Part shown: in pieces, positions 50,481-64,000 of the stretch
Numbering within the stretch: position 1 is the stretch's first letter
Layout: the number at the start of each line of letters is the position of its first letter
DNA from: the human T2T-CHM13v2.0 reference genome, Homo sapiens
Strand: one strand, 5' to 3'
DNA length: 64,000 nt
Assembly (NCBI RefSeq): GCF_009914755.1
Contig: NC_060927.1
Notes under the pieces: generated by a model
The model's database searches: none
Told to the model about the DNA's origin: nothing
The model's input: the letters and a program-made list of their open reading frames with translations, nothing else
Position numbers and translations under genes: made by a program

Positions 50481-50689
50481 ATACTCTTTTAAACAACATT
50501 GTTAATCAGTACATATATATTCATTGAAATTTTGGGGAATGTTGATACTAATTGCTGACATTTAAATTATGAATCAGCTTTACTTAACCCATATAGAGAA
50601 GTGTTGTTCTCTGGATCTTTCTGTCAAGACCTCAAAACCCATCTTTGTGAAGATAATCTGATGTATTTCTTCCTCAAAATGTGCTGGAA

Positions 50690-51022
50690 ATATTCACAAT
50701 AGCAGAGACATGGAATCAACCTAAATGCCCATCAACAATTGACTGGATAAAGAAAATGTGGTACATACACAGCATGGAATACTATGCAGCCATAAGAAAG
50801 AATGAGATCATGTCCTTTGTAGCAACATGGACAGAGCTGGAGGCCATTATCCTAAGCAAACTAATGAAGGAACAGAAAACCAGGTATTGCATGTTCTCAC
50901 TTATGAGTGAGAGCTAAACACTGAGTACACATGTACAGAAAGAATGGAACGACAGACAGTGGGGCCTACTTGACAGTGGAGGGTGGAAGGACAGAGAGAC
51001 TGAAAAACTACTATTAGGTACT
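50690..51022 (+). mobile_element. Old L1PA (about PA15/16) 3' fragment
   Basis: [19 protein letters not shown] peptide and 3'UTR. Confidence 0.8.
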
Positions 51023-51227
51023 ATTAAAATGGTTTAAAAATGATTTTAAAAGGTACTGAAAATATGTTTCATCACTAGCCAAAGAGGTAATTCCTTTATG
51101 GAAATTCATTCTCCCCATGAATGGGGCATGCACCAAAGTCCAGGCAACATGAGGAAACATTGTGGAAGATGCTCTCCTTCCTTTAAGCCAAAGAGACCTA
51201 AATAACTGTGGCATATTATAAATTAGT

Positions 51228-51255
51228 GCCTTCTTTCTCCACAATTTTTTTTCAG
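51228..51255 (+). promoter_or_regulatory. Splice acceptor of the OR coding exon
   Basis: Polypyrimidine tract ending tttttttcag, 11 nt before the ATG. Confidence 0.75.
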
Positions 51256-51266
51256 ACAAGTCAGGA

Positions 51267-52193
51267 ATGGCTGAAGAAAATCATACCATGAAAAATGAGT
51301 TTATCCTCACAGGATTTACAGATCACCCTGAGCTGAAGACTCTGCTGTTTGTGGTGTTCTTTGCCATCTATCTGATCACCGTGGTGGGGAATATTAGTTT
51401 GGTGGCACTGATATTTACACACCGTCGGCTTCACACACCAATGTACATCTTTCTGGGAAATCTGGCTCTTGTGGATTCTTGCTGTGCCTGTGCTATTACC
51501 CCCAAAATGTTAGAGAACTTCTTTTCTGAGAACAAAAGGATTTCCCTCTATGAATGTGCAGTACAGTTTTATTTTCTTTGCACTGTGGAAACTGCAGACT
51601 GCTTTCTTCTGGCAGCAATGGCCTATGACCGCTATGTGGCCATATGCAACCCACTGCAGTACCACATCATGATGTCCAAGAAACTCTGCATTCAGATGAC
51701 CACAGGGGCCTTCATAGCTGGAAACCTGCATTCCATGATTCATGTAGGGCTTGTATTTAGGTTAGTTTTCTGTGGATCGAATCACATCAACCACTTTTAC
51801 TGTGATATTCTTCCCTTGTATAGACTCTCTTGTGTTGATCCTTATATCAATGAACTGGTTCTATTCATCTTCTCAGGTTCAGTTCAAGTCTTTACCATAG
51901 GTAGTGTCTTAATATCTTATCTCTATATTCTTCTTACTATTTTCAAAATGAAATCCAAAGAGGGAAGGGCCAAAGCTTTTTCTACCTGTGCATCCCACTT
52001 TTTGTCAGTTTCATTATTCTATGGATCTCTTTTCTTCATGTACGTTAGACCAAATTTGCTTGAAGAAGGGGATAAAGATATACCAGCTGCAATTTTATTT
52101 ACAATAGTAGTTCCCTTACTAAATCCTTTCATTTATAGCCTGAGAAATAGGGAAGTAATAAGTGTCTTAAGAAAAATTCTGATGAAGAAATAA
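51267..52193 (+). CDS. OR5K1: Olfactory receptor family 5 subfamily K member 1 (class II OR, 7TM GPCR), intact, 308 aa
   Basis: OR motifs [41 protein letters not shown]-glycosylation site NHT; length and termini match recalled OR5K1 rather than the longer OR5K2. Confidence 0.93.
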   Translation: MAEENHTMKNEFILTGFTDHPELKTLLFVVFFAIYLITVVGNISLVALIFTHRRLHTPMYIFLGNLALVDSCCACAITPKMLENFFSENKRISLYECAVQFYFLCTVETADCFLLAAMAYDRYVAICNPLQYHIMMSKKLCIQMTTGAFIAGNLHSMIHVGLVFRLVFCGSNHINHFYCDILPLYRLSCVDPYINELVLFIFSGSVQVFTIGSVLISYLYILLTIFKMKSKEGRAKAFSTCASHFLSVSLFYGSLFFMYVRPNLLEEGDKDIPAAILFTIVVPLLNPFIYSLRNREVISVLRKILMKK

Positions 52194-54837
52194 TCTCAAG
52201 AAAGATGGAAACAAGTGACATCTACTATAGCTTAATGATTTAAATGCAGCAAAAACTTCCATGTGAAATTACACAGGGGAAATGCATAAATTATAAGTAA
52301 AATTTTAATATATAAGAATACATTCAAATTAAGTGGCAAGAGGTAAGGGTAGAATATACAAAAAAGAGTAAACTGTGGTAAATCTTAATTCAAAATAACA
52401 AAAATGAAATTCTAATTTTGAACTCATTCAAGTAACAATGTAGTATGTTGTCAAGCTCTTGGTCTGTGTTGGCATCAGGGATGATAAGCATCCAAAAGAA
52501 CACAGCAAAACTGGAAGTTACAAGTTCAAAGGACCATTCCATTAAGCATTGATAACCAGATAAGTTATTTTAATAGCTTAGAGCATGAGCATTATGGTTA
52601 AACTGAAAGAGTTTAAGATCATATGATGGTCAACCAGTAAAATCACTTACATCCATGAGCAACAAAATTGTGACAAGCGAATTTTGAGAAATCAATTTTA
52701 ATAGCATTATGGGGACATTACTGTAGTTAGAAAGGAAGTATTAGGAAAACGAAGGTGTCAAATAATAGTGAATATCAGATTTCCAAATTTAAATTATTAC
52801 TGAGTTAAATATTAAACACAGAATGTCAATTTTCAAGTCAAGCTACATTAAGAGAGTTTTATCTACTCCCATATCTACCTGCATAAATATACCATAACAC
52901 AAACTTCCAGAAAAGCAGTTCAAACCTCATGTAGGATTTGAAGAGCTTCTTTGTTAGTGAGTTAGGTGCAATGTCTCTGTGCTCCTACTTGAGAGGTGAG
53001 GAAAGGTTTCAACAATAGAGACCACTACCCTGGGTATATTATATATAGAAATGTAAAACATAGTGTTGTTAAACTGTAGGTAGAGTTTATCTAATTTTTT
53101 TTTCTTTTCACTATTGCAAAACCTGAAGTTGGTATTGTGGGTAGAGTAATGATCTTAATGTGATATCATTTTAAAAATTACTTTCCAATTATTCACTCAA
53201 CATATATTTATTGAAATCCTGCTATAGGTAGGCATTGTTCTGGGTGTTGGGCCATATCAGTTACAAAAAATGCCAGTTTTTCCATCTTCTCGAAGAATAG
53301 AATATTGCCACAATTTTTATTACTAACTTCTGGATTAAGAAGGACCTATGTCACATAATAGAAAAACATCTCCCTTCCACCTCTTGCTCTGAGGACCTGT
53401 CTAAATTCCCAGAAAGCAATTGTCAAGTGCTCCAGGTTAGCCAGCCACCAGAGGCTGGCATCACAGGAAAAATCAATATGCTGAGTCTGTACAGAAAAAG
53501 TAATAGGAGAGCAGATGAATTTCCAATTCCCTAACTCATCAATGCAAAAATATAACCACCTAGTTTTTCTTTGTAACCTCCAAGAAAATCTAACCTAGTT
53601 CATTCCAATTATACTTGGACATGTGAAGATCTTGTTTGTTTCAAATTAAATTCCATCAATTTAGGATTTACCCAACACTACCTACATCCTTCCTTCATCA
53701 CATATAGGTCCTTGCCTGGTATCATGGCACTGAGCACAGGTGCCAGATTATATATGAGCTCTGTCCAAGCTATGATTCTGTGAGATGTTTGAGCCTATTT
53801 GACCCGTTGGTTATTTCTTCATGCCACCATCACTTCAGGTATCTACGTCCATGTCTACTCCTCAGGCTGCATTGATTTTCAGCTAAAATGTCTATTTATC
53901 CAACCCACAAGGCTTTGGGTTGGCTGGCTCTCTCTCTCTTACTCTTCATCTGCTAATTTCTGAGTAAATTCTCTTGACCTCTTCCCAGTGGGTCCAGGAA
54001 ATGTTGAAATGCATCATTTTTGCACTTCCGATGCTACACAATACCAGTACAATGTAGGATTTTGAAAGCTTACATGGGTCCCTTTTGAAGGTCCCTTTTG
54101 CACATAGGTCACCAAACCTCCCTGAGCAATTGTCACCCCACTCCCATGCCAGGACACCCCCTGGGAATTGAAACCACAGAACCTTTTCCAGGCAACACGA
54201 ACTCTTCCCTTCTTGATGTTGCTTTTTTTCCCAACTGACTGAATCCTTAATTCTAGGATGATACTTAGTTTTCACATCATTACAAATGTTTCCCAAATGT
54301 ACTTTTATGGAGTAAAATTGGACTCAAAAATGAGACTCTGTCTTAGTCTATTCTCTCTGTCTGGAATATCAAAGGTATGCTCAGAAATAAAAAAAAAGTG
54401 AGGGATAACACTGTTGTATGGCTCTGGCCTCCTTTTCTTATATCAAAAAATGTGAACTGCCCTGGTTACTGTCTGAAACGGCAGGCATAGTTATTGGGTA
54501 AGACAGAATTACAGGCAGGCTTTATCTGAGAATTACTGGTTATGGGAGAAAAATATCTGATAAAATGAATATTTTTAAAATCTCGACTCATTTTATGGTA
54601 TGCAGAGGAAAACAGACATGTTTAAAACAATATTTTGAAAAATAAAATTAAAAATTATAAATATTTTATCTCATCCTTAATCAAAGTTTACTTATAATCA
54701 CAAATGTGTACATAATTTTTTAAAAATTTTAAAAAGAGTGAATCAAATATAAAGGATTTTCCTTGGTATTATTTTTCAGAAAATTAAAGTATGAAAATTC
54801 AAAACAACCTTTATTTAACTTTTTACTTCAAGGAATA

Positions 54838-54875
<38 letters not shown>
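54838..54875. repeat. (TAA)n microsatellite
   Basis: Direct reading. Confidence 0.9.
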
Positions 54876-55419
54876 TGATTTTTTAAAAAAACGGTGACAC
54901 TACAGGGGCATCACTTCTTTATTGTACAGATTTTTCTCTTTTGAATTTGTTTATATTTTTCTCATTTGTTCTTTTTTCACATTTTAATTGTTTTATGTCT
55001 GCAAGGACCTACTTGTCAATAGGGCTTTACATTTCATTCAAGTGGCAATCCAACACAATTTTCATCCACTTCATGAAATCGATCACATCTTTCTCAAGAT
55101 CATTTCACACTAAAGTTCAAGCATGTTTACTGTATCAGAAAATCAGTGGGTGAGATATTGGAACAATGGCTGAAGATAGACACTAGAGTGAAGCATGGAG
55201 AAATGGTTAAGGGGAAAGTAATTCTAGAAGTGGTTGGTTCACTTAGGAATATTTGTGTTCTGACAATTCTTACTTGCCTAGACAGCATTGTCACTTCAGG
55301 AACTGACATATTGAATGACATGATAACGTGAATCTCCTTGTTGACTCATCAGTTAATATCATAATTTTACCTCATTATGTATACAAATATTAACACGGGT
55401 TAATTTGTAGGTATTTCTA

Positions 55420-58400
55420 TTTTATTTTTATTTCAATAGGTATTGGGGGAACAGGAGGTATTTTGTTACATTGATAAGTTCTTTAGTGGTGATTTCTGAG
55501 ATTTTGATGCACCCATCACTGGAGCAGTGTACACTGTACCCAATTTGTAGTCTTTTATCCTTCACTCCCCTCCCACCCTTCCACCTGAGCCCCTTAAGTC
55601 CATTGTATCATACGTATGCCTTTGCGTCCTCATAGCTTAGCTCCCACTTATAAGTGAGAACATACAATGCTTGGTTTTCCATTCCTGAGTTACTTCACTT
55701 AGAATAATGGTCTTCAACTCCATTTAGGTTGTTGTGAGTGCCATTATTTGTTTCCTTTTTATGGCTCAGTAGTATTCAATAGTATACATTTTCTTTATTC
55801 ATTGATTGATGGACATTTGGGCTGTTTCCATATTTTTGCAATTGTGAATTGTGCCGCTATAAATGTGTGTGCAAGTGTCTTTTTTATGTAATGACTTCTT
55901 TTCCTCTGGGTGGATACACAGTAGGGGGATTGCTAGATCAAATGGTAGATCTACTTTTAGTTTTTTAAGGAATCTCCATACTGCTTTCCATAGTGGTTGT
56001 ACTAGTTTACAATCCCACCAGCAGTGCATAAGTGTTCCCTTTTCACCACATCTATGCCAACATCTAATTTTTTTTATTTTTAAATTATGAGCAGTCTTGC
56101 AGGAGTAAGGTGGTATCCCAGTGTGGTTTTAATTTGCATTTGCCTGGTAATTAGTGATGTCAAGCATTTTTTCATATGTTTGTTGGCCATTTTTATATCT
56201 TCTTTTGAGAATTATCTATTCCTTAGCCCACTTTAATGGTATTATTTGTTTTTTTCTTGCTGATTCGTTTGAGTTCTTTGTAGATTTTGGATATCAGTCC
56301 TTTGTTGGATGCAAAGTTGTTAAAATTTTCTCCCACTCTGTGGGTTGTCTGTTTAGGCTACTGATTATTTCTTTTGCTGTGCAGAAGATTTTTAGTTTAA
56401 TTAAGTCCCATCTATTTATCTGTATTTTTGTTGCATTTGCTTTGGGTTCTTGGTCACGAAGTCTTTGCCTAAACCAATATCTAGAAGGATTTTTCTGATG
56501 TTATCTTCTAGAATCGAATTTTTAGAGTTTCAGATCTTAGATTTAAGTCTTTGATGCATCTTGACTTGATTTTCGTATAAGGCAAGAGATGAGGATCCAG
56601 TTTCAATCTTCTACATGTGGCTTGCCAATTAACCCAACACCATTTGTTGAATAGGGTGTCTTTCCACACTTTATGTTTTTCTTTGTTTTGTCGAAGATCA
56701 GTTGGCTGTAAGTATTTGGCATTATTTCTGGGTTCTCCATTTTGTTCCATTGGTCTATGTGTTTATTTTCATACCAGTACCATTCTGTTTTGGTGACTAT
56801 AGCCTTGAAGTCAGGTAATGTGATGCCTCCAAGTTTGTTCCTTTTGCTTAGTCTTGCTTTGGTTATGCCAGCTCTTTCTTGGCTCCATATGAATTTTAGC
56901 ATTTTTTTTTCTAATTTTGTGAAGAATGATGGTGGTATTTTGACAGGAATTGCATTGAATTTGTAGACTGCTTTTGGCAGTATGGTCATTTTCACAATAT
57001 TGATTCTATCCATCCATGAAGACAGGATGTGTTTCCATTTATTTGTGTCATCTATGATTTCTTTCAGCAGTGTTTAGCAGTTTTGTAGAGGTCTTTCGCC
57101 TCCTTGTTAAGTATATTCCTAAGTGTTTGTTTGTTTGTTTTGTTTTGTTTTTCTTTCTGCTATTATAAAAGAGGTTGAGTTCTTGATTTGAGTTTCATCT
57201 TCATCGCTGTCAGTGTATAGCAGTGCTACTGATTTGTGTACCTTAATTCTGTATCCTGAAATATTACTGAATTCATTTATCAGATCTAGGTACTTTTTGG
57301 AGGAGTCTTTAGGGTTTTGTAGGCATATGATCACATCATCAGTGAACAGCAGCAGTTTGACTTCCTCTTTACTGATTTGGATGTCCATTATTTATTTATC
57401 TTATCTTATTGCTCTGGCTAGAACTTCTAGTACTATGTTGAATAGAAGTGGTGAAAGTGGGCAACCTTGTCTTGTTCCAGCTCTCAGGGGAATGCTTTCA
57501 ACTTTTCCTCATTCAGTATAATGTTGGCTCTGGGTTTGTTATAGATGGCTTTTATTACCTTAAGGCATGTCTCTTCTATGCCGATTTTGCTGAGGGTTTT
57601 AATAATAAAAGGATGCTGGATTTTGTCAAATGCTTTTTCTGCACCTATTGAGATGATCATGAATTTATGTTTTTAATTTTGTTTATGTGATGTATCATTA
57701 ATTGACTTGCATATGTCAAACAATTTCTGTATCACTGGTATAAAACCCACTTGATTATGGTGGATTATCTTTTTGATATGCTGTTGGATTTGGTTAGCTA
57801 GTATTTTGTTGAGGATTTTTGCATCTATGTTCATCACGGATATTGGTCTGTAATTTTCTTTTTCTTTTTTTTTTGTTATGTCCTTTCCTGGTTTGGGTAT
57901 TAGGATGACAGTGGCTCCATAGAATGATTTAGGGAGGATTCCTTCTTTCTTTATCTTTTGGAACAGTTCCAATAAGATTGGAGGCAATTCTTCTTTGAAT
58001 GTCTGATGAAATTCAGCTGTGAATTCATCTGGTCCTGGACTTTTTGTTATTGGCAATTTTTTAATTACCATTTTAATAACACTGATTCTCATTGGTCTCT
58101 TTGGAGTTTCTATGTCCTCCTAGTTTTATTTAAGAGGGTTATATATTTCCAGGAATTTATCTATCACCTCTAGGTTTTCTAGTTTGTGCGTGTGAAGATG
58201 TTCATAGTACCCTTGAATGATGTTTTGTATTTCTGTGGTATTGGTTGTAATATCTCCCATTTAATTTCTAATTAGCTTATTTCGATCTCTCTTCTTGGTT
58301 AATCTCACTAACAGTCAATCAATTTCATTTGTCTTTTCAAAGAACCAGCTTTTTGTTTCATTTATCTTTTGTATTTTTTGTTATTGTTTCAATTTCATTT

Positions 58401-61400
58401 ATTTCTGCTCTCATCTTGGTTATTTCCTTTCTTCTTCTGGGTTTGGGCTTTGTTTGTTCTTGTTTCTCTAGTTCCTTGACGTGTGACCTTAAATTGTCTA
58501 TGTGTGCTCTTTCAGACTTTTTGATGTAGGTATTTAATGCTATGATCAGTCCTCTTAGGATGCTTTTGCTGAATCTCAGAAGTTTTGATAGGTTGTGTCA
58601 CTATTATTGTTCAGTTCAAATAATTTTTTAATTTCCATCTTCATTTCCTTGTTAACCCAATAATCATTCAGTAGCAGGTTATTTACCTTCCATGTACTTG
58701 CATGGTTTTAAGGGTACCTTTTGGAGTTGATTTCCTATTTTATTCCACTGTGGTCTGAGAGAGTACTTGATACAATCTCAATTTTCTTAAATTTATTGAG
58801 ACTTGTGTTGTGGCCTATCATATGGTCTATCTTGGAGAATATTTCATGTGCCAATGAATAGAATGTATATCCTGCAGTTGTTGAGTGGAATGCTTGTAAA
58901 TATCTGTGAAGTCCATTTGTTCTAGGGTATATTTAAGTCCATTTTTTCTTTGTCAACTCTCTGCCTTGATGACCTGTCCAGTGCTGCCAGTAGAGTATTG
59001 AAGTCCCCCACTATTATTATGTTGTCATCTATCTCATTTCTTAGGTATAGTAGTAATTGTTTTATAAATTTTGGAGCTCCAGTATTAGGTGCATAAACAT
59101 CTGGATTGTGATATTTTCCTGTTGGACTAGTCCTTTTATCATTATATAATGTCCCTCCTTGTCTTTTTTAACTGTTGTGGCTTTAAAGTCTATTTTGTCT
59201 GATATAAGAATACCTATTCCTGCTTGGTTTTCATGTCCTTTTGCATGGAATATATTTTTCCACTCCTTTACCTTAAGTTTATGTGAGTCCTTATGTGTTA
59301 GGTGAATCTCTTGAAGGCAGCAGATATTTGGTTGGTGAATTCTTATCCATTCTACCATTCTGTATCTTTTAAATGCAGCATTTATGCCATTTATATTCCA
59401 TGTTATTATTGAGATGTGAGGTACTATTCTATTCAAAGTGCTAGTTGTTGTCTGAATTCCTTGGGGTTTCCTTCATTGTGTTATTGTTTTCTAGCCCCTG
59501 AGAGAGTTATGCTTTAAGGAGGTTCTATTTTGATGTATTTTAGGTTTTATGTCAAGATTTAGAACTCCTTTTAGCAGTTCTTGTAGTGCTGGCATGGAAG
59601 TGGCAAATTCCCTCAGCATTTGTTTGTCTAAAAAAGACAGTATCTTTTTTTCCCATTCCTTTTATTATTATTATTATTACACTTTAACTTCGGGAATGCA
59701 TGTGCAGAATGTGCAGGTGTGGTGCATAGATATACATGTGCCATGGTGGTTTGCTGCACCCATCAACCTGTCAACTACATTAGGTAGTTCTCCTAATGCT
59801 ATCCCTCCCCTAGCCCCCCAACCCCCTGACAGGCCTCACTGTGTGCTGTTCCCCTCCCTGTGTCCATGTGTTCTCATTTTTGAACTCCCACTTGTGAGGG
59901 AGAACATGTAGTGTTTGGTTTACTGTTCCTGTGTTAGTTTGCTGAGAATGATGGTTTCCAGCTTCATCCATGTCCTGGCAAAGGACATGAACTCACCTTT
60001 TTTATGGCTGCATAATATTCCATGGTGTCTATTTGCCACATTTTCTTTATCCACTCTATCATTGATGGGCATTTGGGTTGGTTCCAAGTCTTTGCTATTG
60101 TGAATAGTACTGCAATAGATATATGCATGTGTGTGCATGTGTCTTTATACTAGAATAATTTATAATCCTTTGGGTATATTCCCAGTAATAGGATTGCTGG
60201 GTCAAATGGCATTTCTGGTTCTAGATCCTTGAGGAATTGCCACACTGCTTCCACAATGGTTGAACTAATTTACACTCCCACCAACAGTGTAAAAGTGTTC
60301 CTATTTCTCCACATCCTCTCCAGCACTTGTTGTTTCCTGACATTTTAATGACCACCATTCTAACTGGCATGAGATGGTATCTCATTGTGGTTTTGATTTG
60401 GATTTCTCTAATGACCAGTAATGATGAACTTTTTTCATGTTTGTTGGCCACATAAATGTCTTCTTTTTGAGAAGTATCTGTTCATATCCTTCACCCACTT
60501 TTTGATAGGGTTGTTTATTCTTTTTCTTGTAAATTTGTTTAAGTTCCTTGTAGGTTCTGGATATTAGCCCTTTGTCAGATGGATAGATTGCACAAATTTT
60601 CTCCCATTCTGTAGGTTGCCTGCCCATTCTGGTGATAGTTTCTTTTGCTGTGCAGAAGCTCTTTAGTTTAATTACATCTCATTTGTCAATTTGGTGTTTG
60701 TTGCCATTGCTTTTGGTATTTTAGTCATGAAGTCTTTGCCCATGCCTATGTCCTGAATGGTATTGCCTAGGTATTCTTCTAGGTATCATTTTATGGTTTT
60801 AGGTCTTATGTTTATGACTTTAATCCATCTTGAGTTAATTTTTGTATAAGGTGTAAGGAAGGGGTCCAGTTTAAGTTTTCTGCATATGGCTAGTCAGTTT
60901 TCCCAACACCATTTATTAAATAGGGAACCCTTTCCTCCTTGCTTGTTTTTGTCAAGTTTGCCAAAGGTCATATGGTTGTAGATGTGTGGCATTATTTCTG
61001 ATGCTTCTATTCTGTTCCATTGGTCTACATAACTGTTTTGGTACCAGTACCATGCTGTTTTGGTTACTGTAGCCTTATAGTATAGTTTCAAGTCAGGTCA
61101 TGTGATGCCTCCAGCTTTGTTCTTTTTGCTTAGGATTGTCTTGGCTATACAGGCTCTTTTTTGGTTCCATATGAAATGTAATGTAGTTTTTTCTAATTCT
61201 GTGAGGAGTCATTGGTAGCTTGATGGGGACTGCACTAAATCTAGAAATTACTTTGGGCATTATGGCCATTTTCACGATATTGATTCTTCCTATCCATGAG
61301 CATGCAATGTTTTTCCATTTGTTTGTGTTCTCTCTTACTTCCTTGAGCAGTGGTTTGTAGTTCTCCTTGAAGAGGTCCTTTACATCCCTTGTAAGTTGTA

Positions 61401-64000
61401 TTCCTAGGTATTTTATTCTCTTTGCAGCCATTGTAAATGGGAGTTCACTCATGATTTGGCTCTCTGTTTGTCTGTTATTGGTGTATAGGAATGCTTGTGA
61501 TTTTTGCACATTGATTTTGTATCCTGAGACTTTGCTGAAGTTGCATATCAGCTTAAGGAGATTTGGGGCTAAGATGATGGGGTTTTCTAAATATACAATC
61601 ATGTCATCTCAAAACAGAGACAATTTGACTTCCTCTCTTCCTATTTGAATACCCTTTATTTCTTTCTCTTGCCTGATTGCCCTGGCCAGAACTTCCAATA
61701 CTATGTTGAATAGGAGTGGTGAGAGAGGCCATCCTTGTCTTGTGCTGGTTTTCAAAGGGAATGCTTCCAGCTTTTGCCCAGTCAATATGATATTGGCTGC
61801 AGGTTTGTCAAAAATAGCTCTTATTATTTTGAGATATGTTCCATCAATACCTAATTTATTGAGAGTTTTTAGAATGAAGAGGTGTTGAATTTTGTCAAAG
61901 GCCTTTTCTGCATCTATTGAGATAATCATGTGGTTTTTGTCATTGGTTCTGTTTATGTGATGGATTACATTTATTGATATGCATATGTTGAACCAGCCTT
62001 GCATCCCAGGGATGAAGCCGACTTGATCGTGTTGGATAAGCTTTTTGATGTGCTGCTGGATTTGGTTTGCCAGTATTTTTTTGAGGATTTTCACATCGAG
62101 GTTCATCAGGGATATTGGCCTAAAATTTTATTTATTTTTTTTCTTGTATCTCTGCCAGGTTTTGGTATCAAGAGGATGCTGGCCTCATAAAATGAATTAG
62201 GGAGGAGTCCCTCTTTTTCTATTGTTTAGAATAGTTTCAGAAGGAATGGTACTAGGGCCTCTTTGTACCTCTGGTAGAATTAGGCTGTGAATCCATCTGG
62301 TCCTGGGCTTCTTTTGGTTGGTAGGCTATTAATTACTGCCTCAATTTCAGAACTTGTTATTGGTCTATTCAGGGATACAACTTTGTGCTGGTTTAGTTTT
62401 GGGAGGGTGTATGTGTCTAGGAATTTATCCATTTCTTCTAGATTTTCTAGTTTATTTGCATAGAGATGTTTTTAGTGTTCTCTGATGATAGTTTTTATTT
62501 CTGTGGGATCAGTGGTGATATCCCCTTTATCATTTTTTATTGTGTCTATTTTATTCTTCTCTATTTCTTCTTTATTAGTCTGGCTGGTGGTCTACCTATT
62601 TTGTTAATCTTTTCAAAAAACCAGCTTTTGGATTCATTCATTTTTTAAGGGTTTTTCGTGTCTCTATCTCCTTCAGTTCTCCTCTGATCTTAGTTATTTC
62701 TTGTCTTCTGCTAGCTTTTGAATTTGTTTGCTCTTGCTTCTCTAGTTATTTTAATTGTAATGTTAGGATGTTGACTTTAGATCTTTCCCACTTTCTCCTG
62801 TGTGCATTTAGTGCTATAAATTTCCCTCTAAACACTGCTTTAGCTGTGTCTCAGAGATTCTGGTACATTTTGTCTTTGTTCTCATTGGTTTCAAAGAACT
62901 TATTTATTTCTTCATTTTAATTCATATTAATTTCATTATTTACCCAGTAGTCATTCAGGGGCAGGTTGTTCAGTTTCCATTTAGTCATGTGGTTTTGAGT
63001 GAGTGATTTCCATTCTTTTGCATTTGCTAAGGAGTGTTTTACTTCCAATTATGTAGTCAATTTTAGAATAAGTGCTATGTGGTGCTGAAAAGAATGTATA
63101 TTCTCTTGATTTGGGGTGGAGAATTCTGTAGATGTCTATTAGGTCCGCTTGGTCCAGAGCTGAGATCAAGTCTTGAATATCCTTATTAATTTTCAAGACA
63201 GTATCTTTCCTTCATTTATGAAGATTACTTTTGCTGGATATAAAATTCTTGGCTGATAAGTGCTTTAAGGAAGCTAAAGATAGGACTCCAATCCCTTCTA
63301 GCATGAAGGATTTCTGCTGACAAATCTGTTAATCTGATAGATTTTCCTGTATAGATTACCTGATGTATTGCCTCATAGCTCTTAATATTCTTTCCTTCAT
63401 CTTAACTTTAAATATCTCAATGAATGTGTGCCTAGGTGATGAAATGTTTTTGTGATGAACTTCCAGGGTGTTCTTTTAGCTTCTTGTATTTGAATGTTTA
63501 GATCTCTAGCAAAGCCAGGGAAATTTTTCTTGATTATTCCCTCAAATAAGTTTTCCAAACTTTTAGATTTATCTTCTTCCTCAGGGGCAGCAATTATTCT
63601 TAGGTTCCATTGCTTAACATAATCACAAACTTCTTGGAGGCTTTGGTCATTTTTCATTTATTCCTTTTCTTTTGTCAGATTCAAAGCCTTGTTCAAAGGC
63701 AATTCAAAAGCCTTGTCTTCAAGCTCTGAAGTTCTTTCTTTGACTTGTTTAATTCTATTTTTGAAAGTTAGCAGTGTATTTTGCACTTCTCTAAGTGTGT
63801 CTTTCATTTCTATAAGTTGTGATTGTTTTTGATTTATGCTACCTATATCTCTGGAGATTTTTCATCCATATCCTGTGTTATTTTTTCATTTCTTTAAGTT
63901 GGTTTTCACCTTACTCTGGTGCCTCCTTGAATAGCTTAATAATCGACCTTCTGAATTCTTTTTCTGGCAATTCAGAGATTTCTTCTGGGTTTGGATCCAT
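55420..64000 (-). mobile_element. L1PB (3'UTR, ORF2, ORF1; continues past the window), split at 59647/63195
   Basis: L1PB 3'UTR, ORF2 start MNRIVPHISIITWNING (59436), ORF1 peptide 63397-63657. Confidence 0.9.
59648..63194 (-). mobile_element. 5'-truncated L1PA (about PA7) nested in the L1PB
   Basis: 14-bp TSD aagacagtatcttt at 59634-59647 and 63195-63208. Confidence 0.9.

Noticed and set aside
51510-51743. Antisense ORF within OR5K1
   Set aside because: A short shadow ORF with no independent support.
52200-55400. A second OR gene or pseudogene downstream
   Set aside because: No OR motifs seen; probably 3'UTR, intergenic DNA and an L2 fragment.

Overview
Primate (very probably human) genomic DNA, roughly 80-90% transposon-derived, from an olfactory receptor cluster. 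The only intact gene is a single-CDS-exon olfactory receptor at 51267-52193 that I recognise as OR5K1, with a likely non-coding first exon near 44.9-45.0 kb. The window also holds a processed UBFD1 pseudogene (15.66-16.83 kb), a broken MER31-type ERV1 provirus, several nested LINE-1s, a human-specific-type L1 in the OR intron, ten Alu elements or fragments, Tigger1, MER33 and solo LTRs. Almost every other ORF in the track is an L1, Alu or ERV remnant. I found no evidence of a new multi-gene system. The best leads are small-scale: a 71-nt extra segment in the UBFD1 retrocopy that may be a fossil cassette exon, a probable L1PB 3' transduction, locally templated inverted insertions, the young intronic L1, and a candidate OR enhancer and promoter. 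Repeat subfamily calls come from recalled consensus sequences, not from a search, and boundaries of old repeats are approximate.
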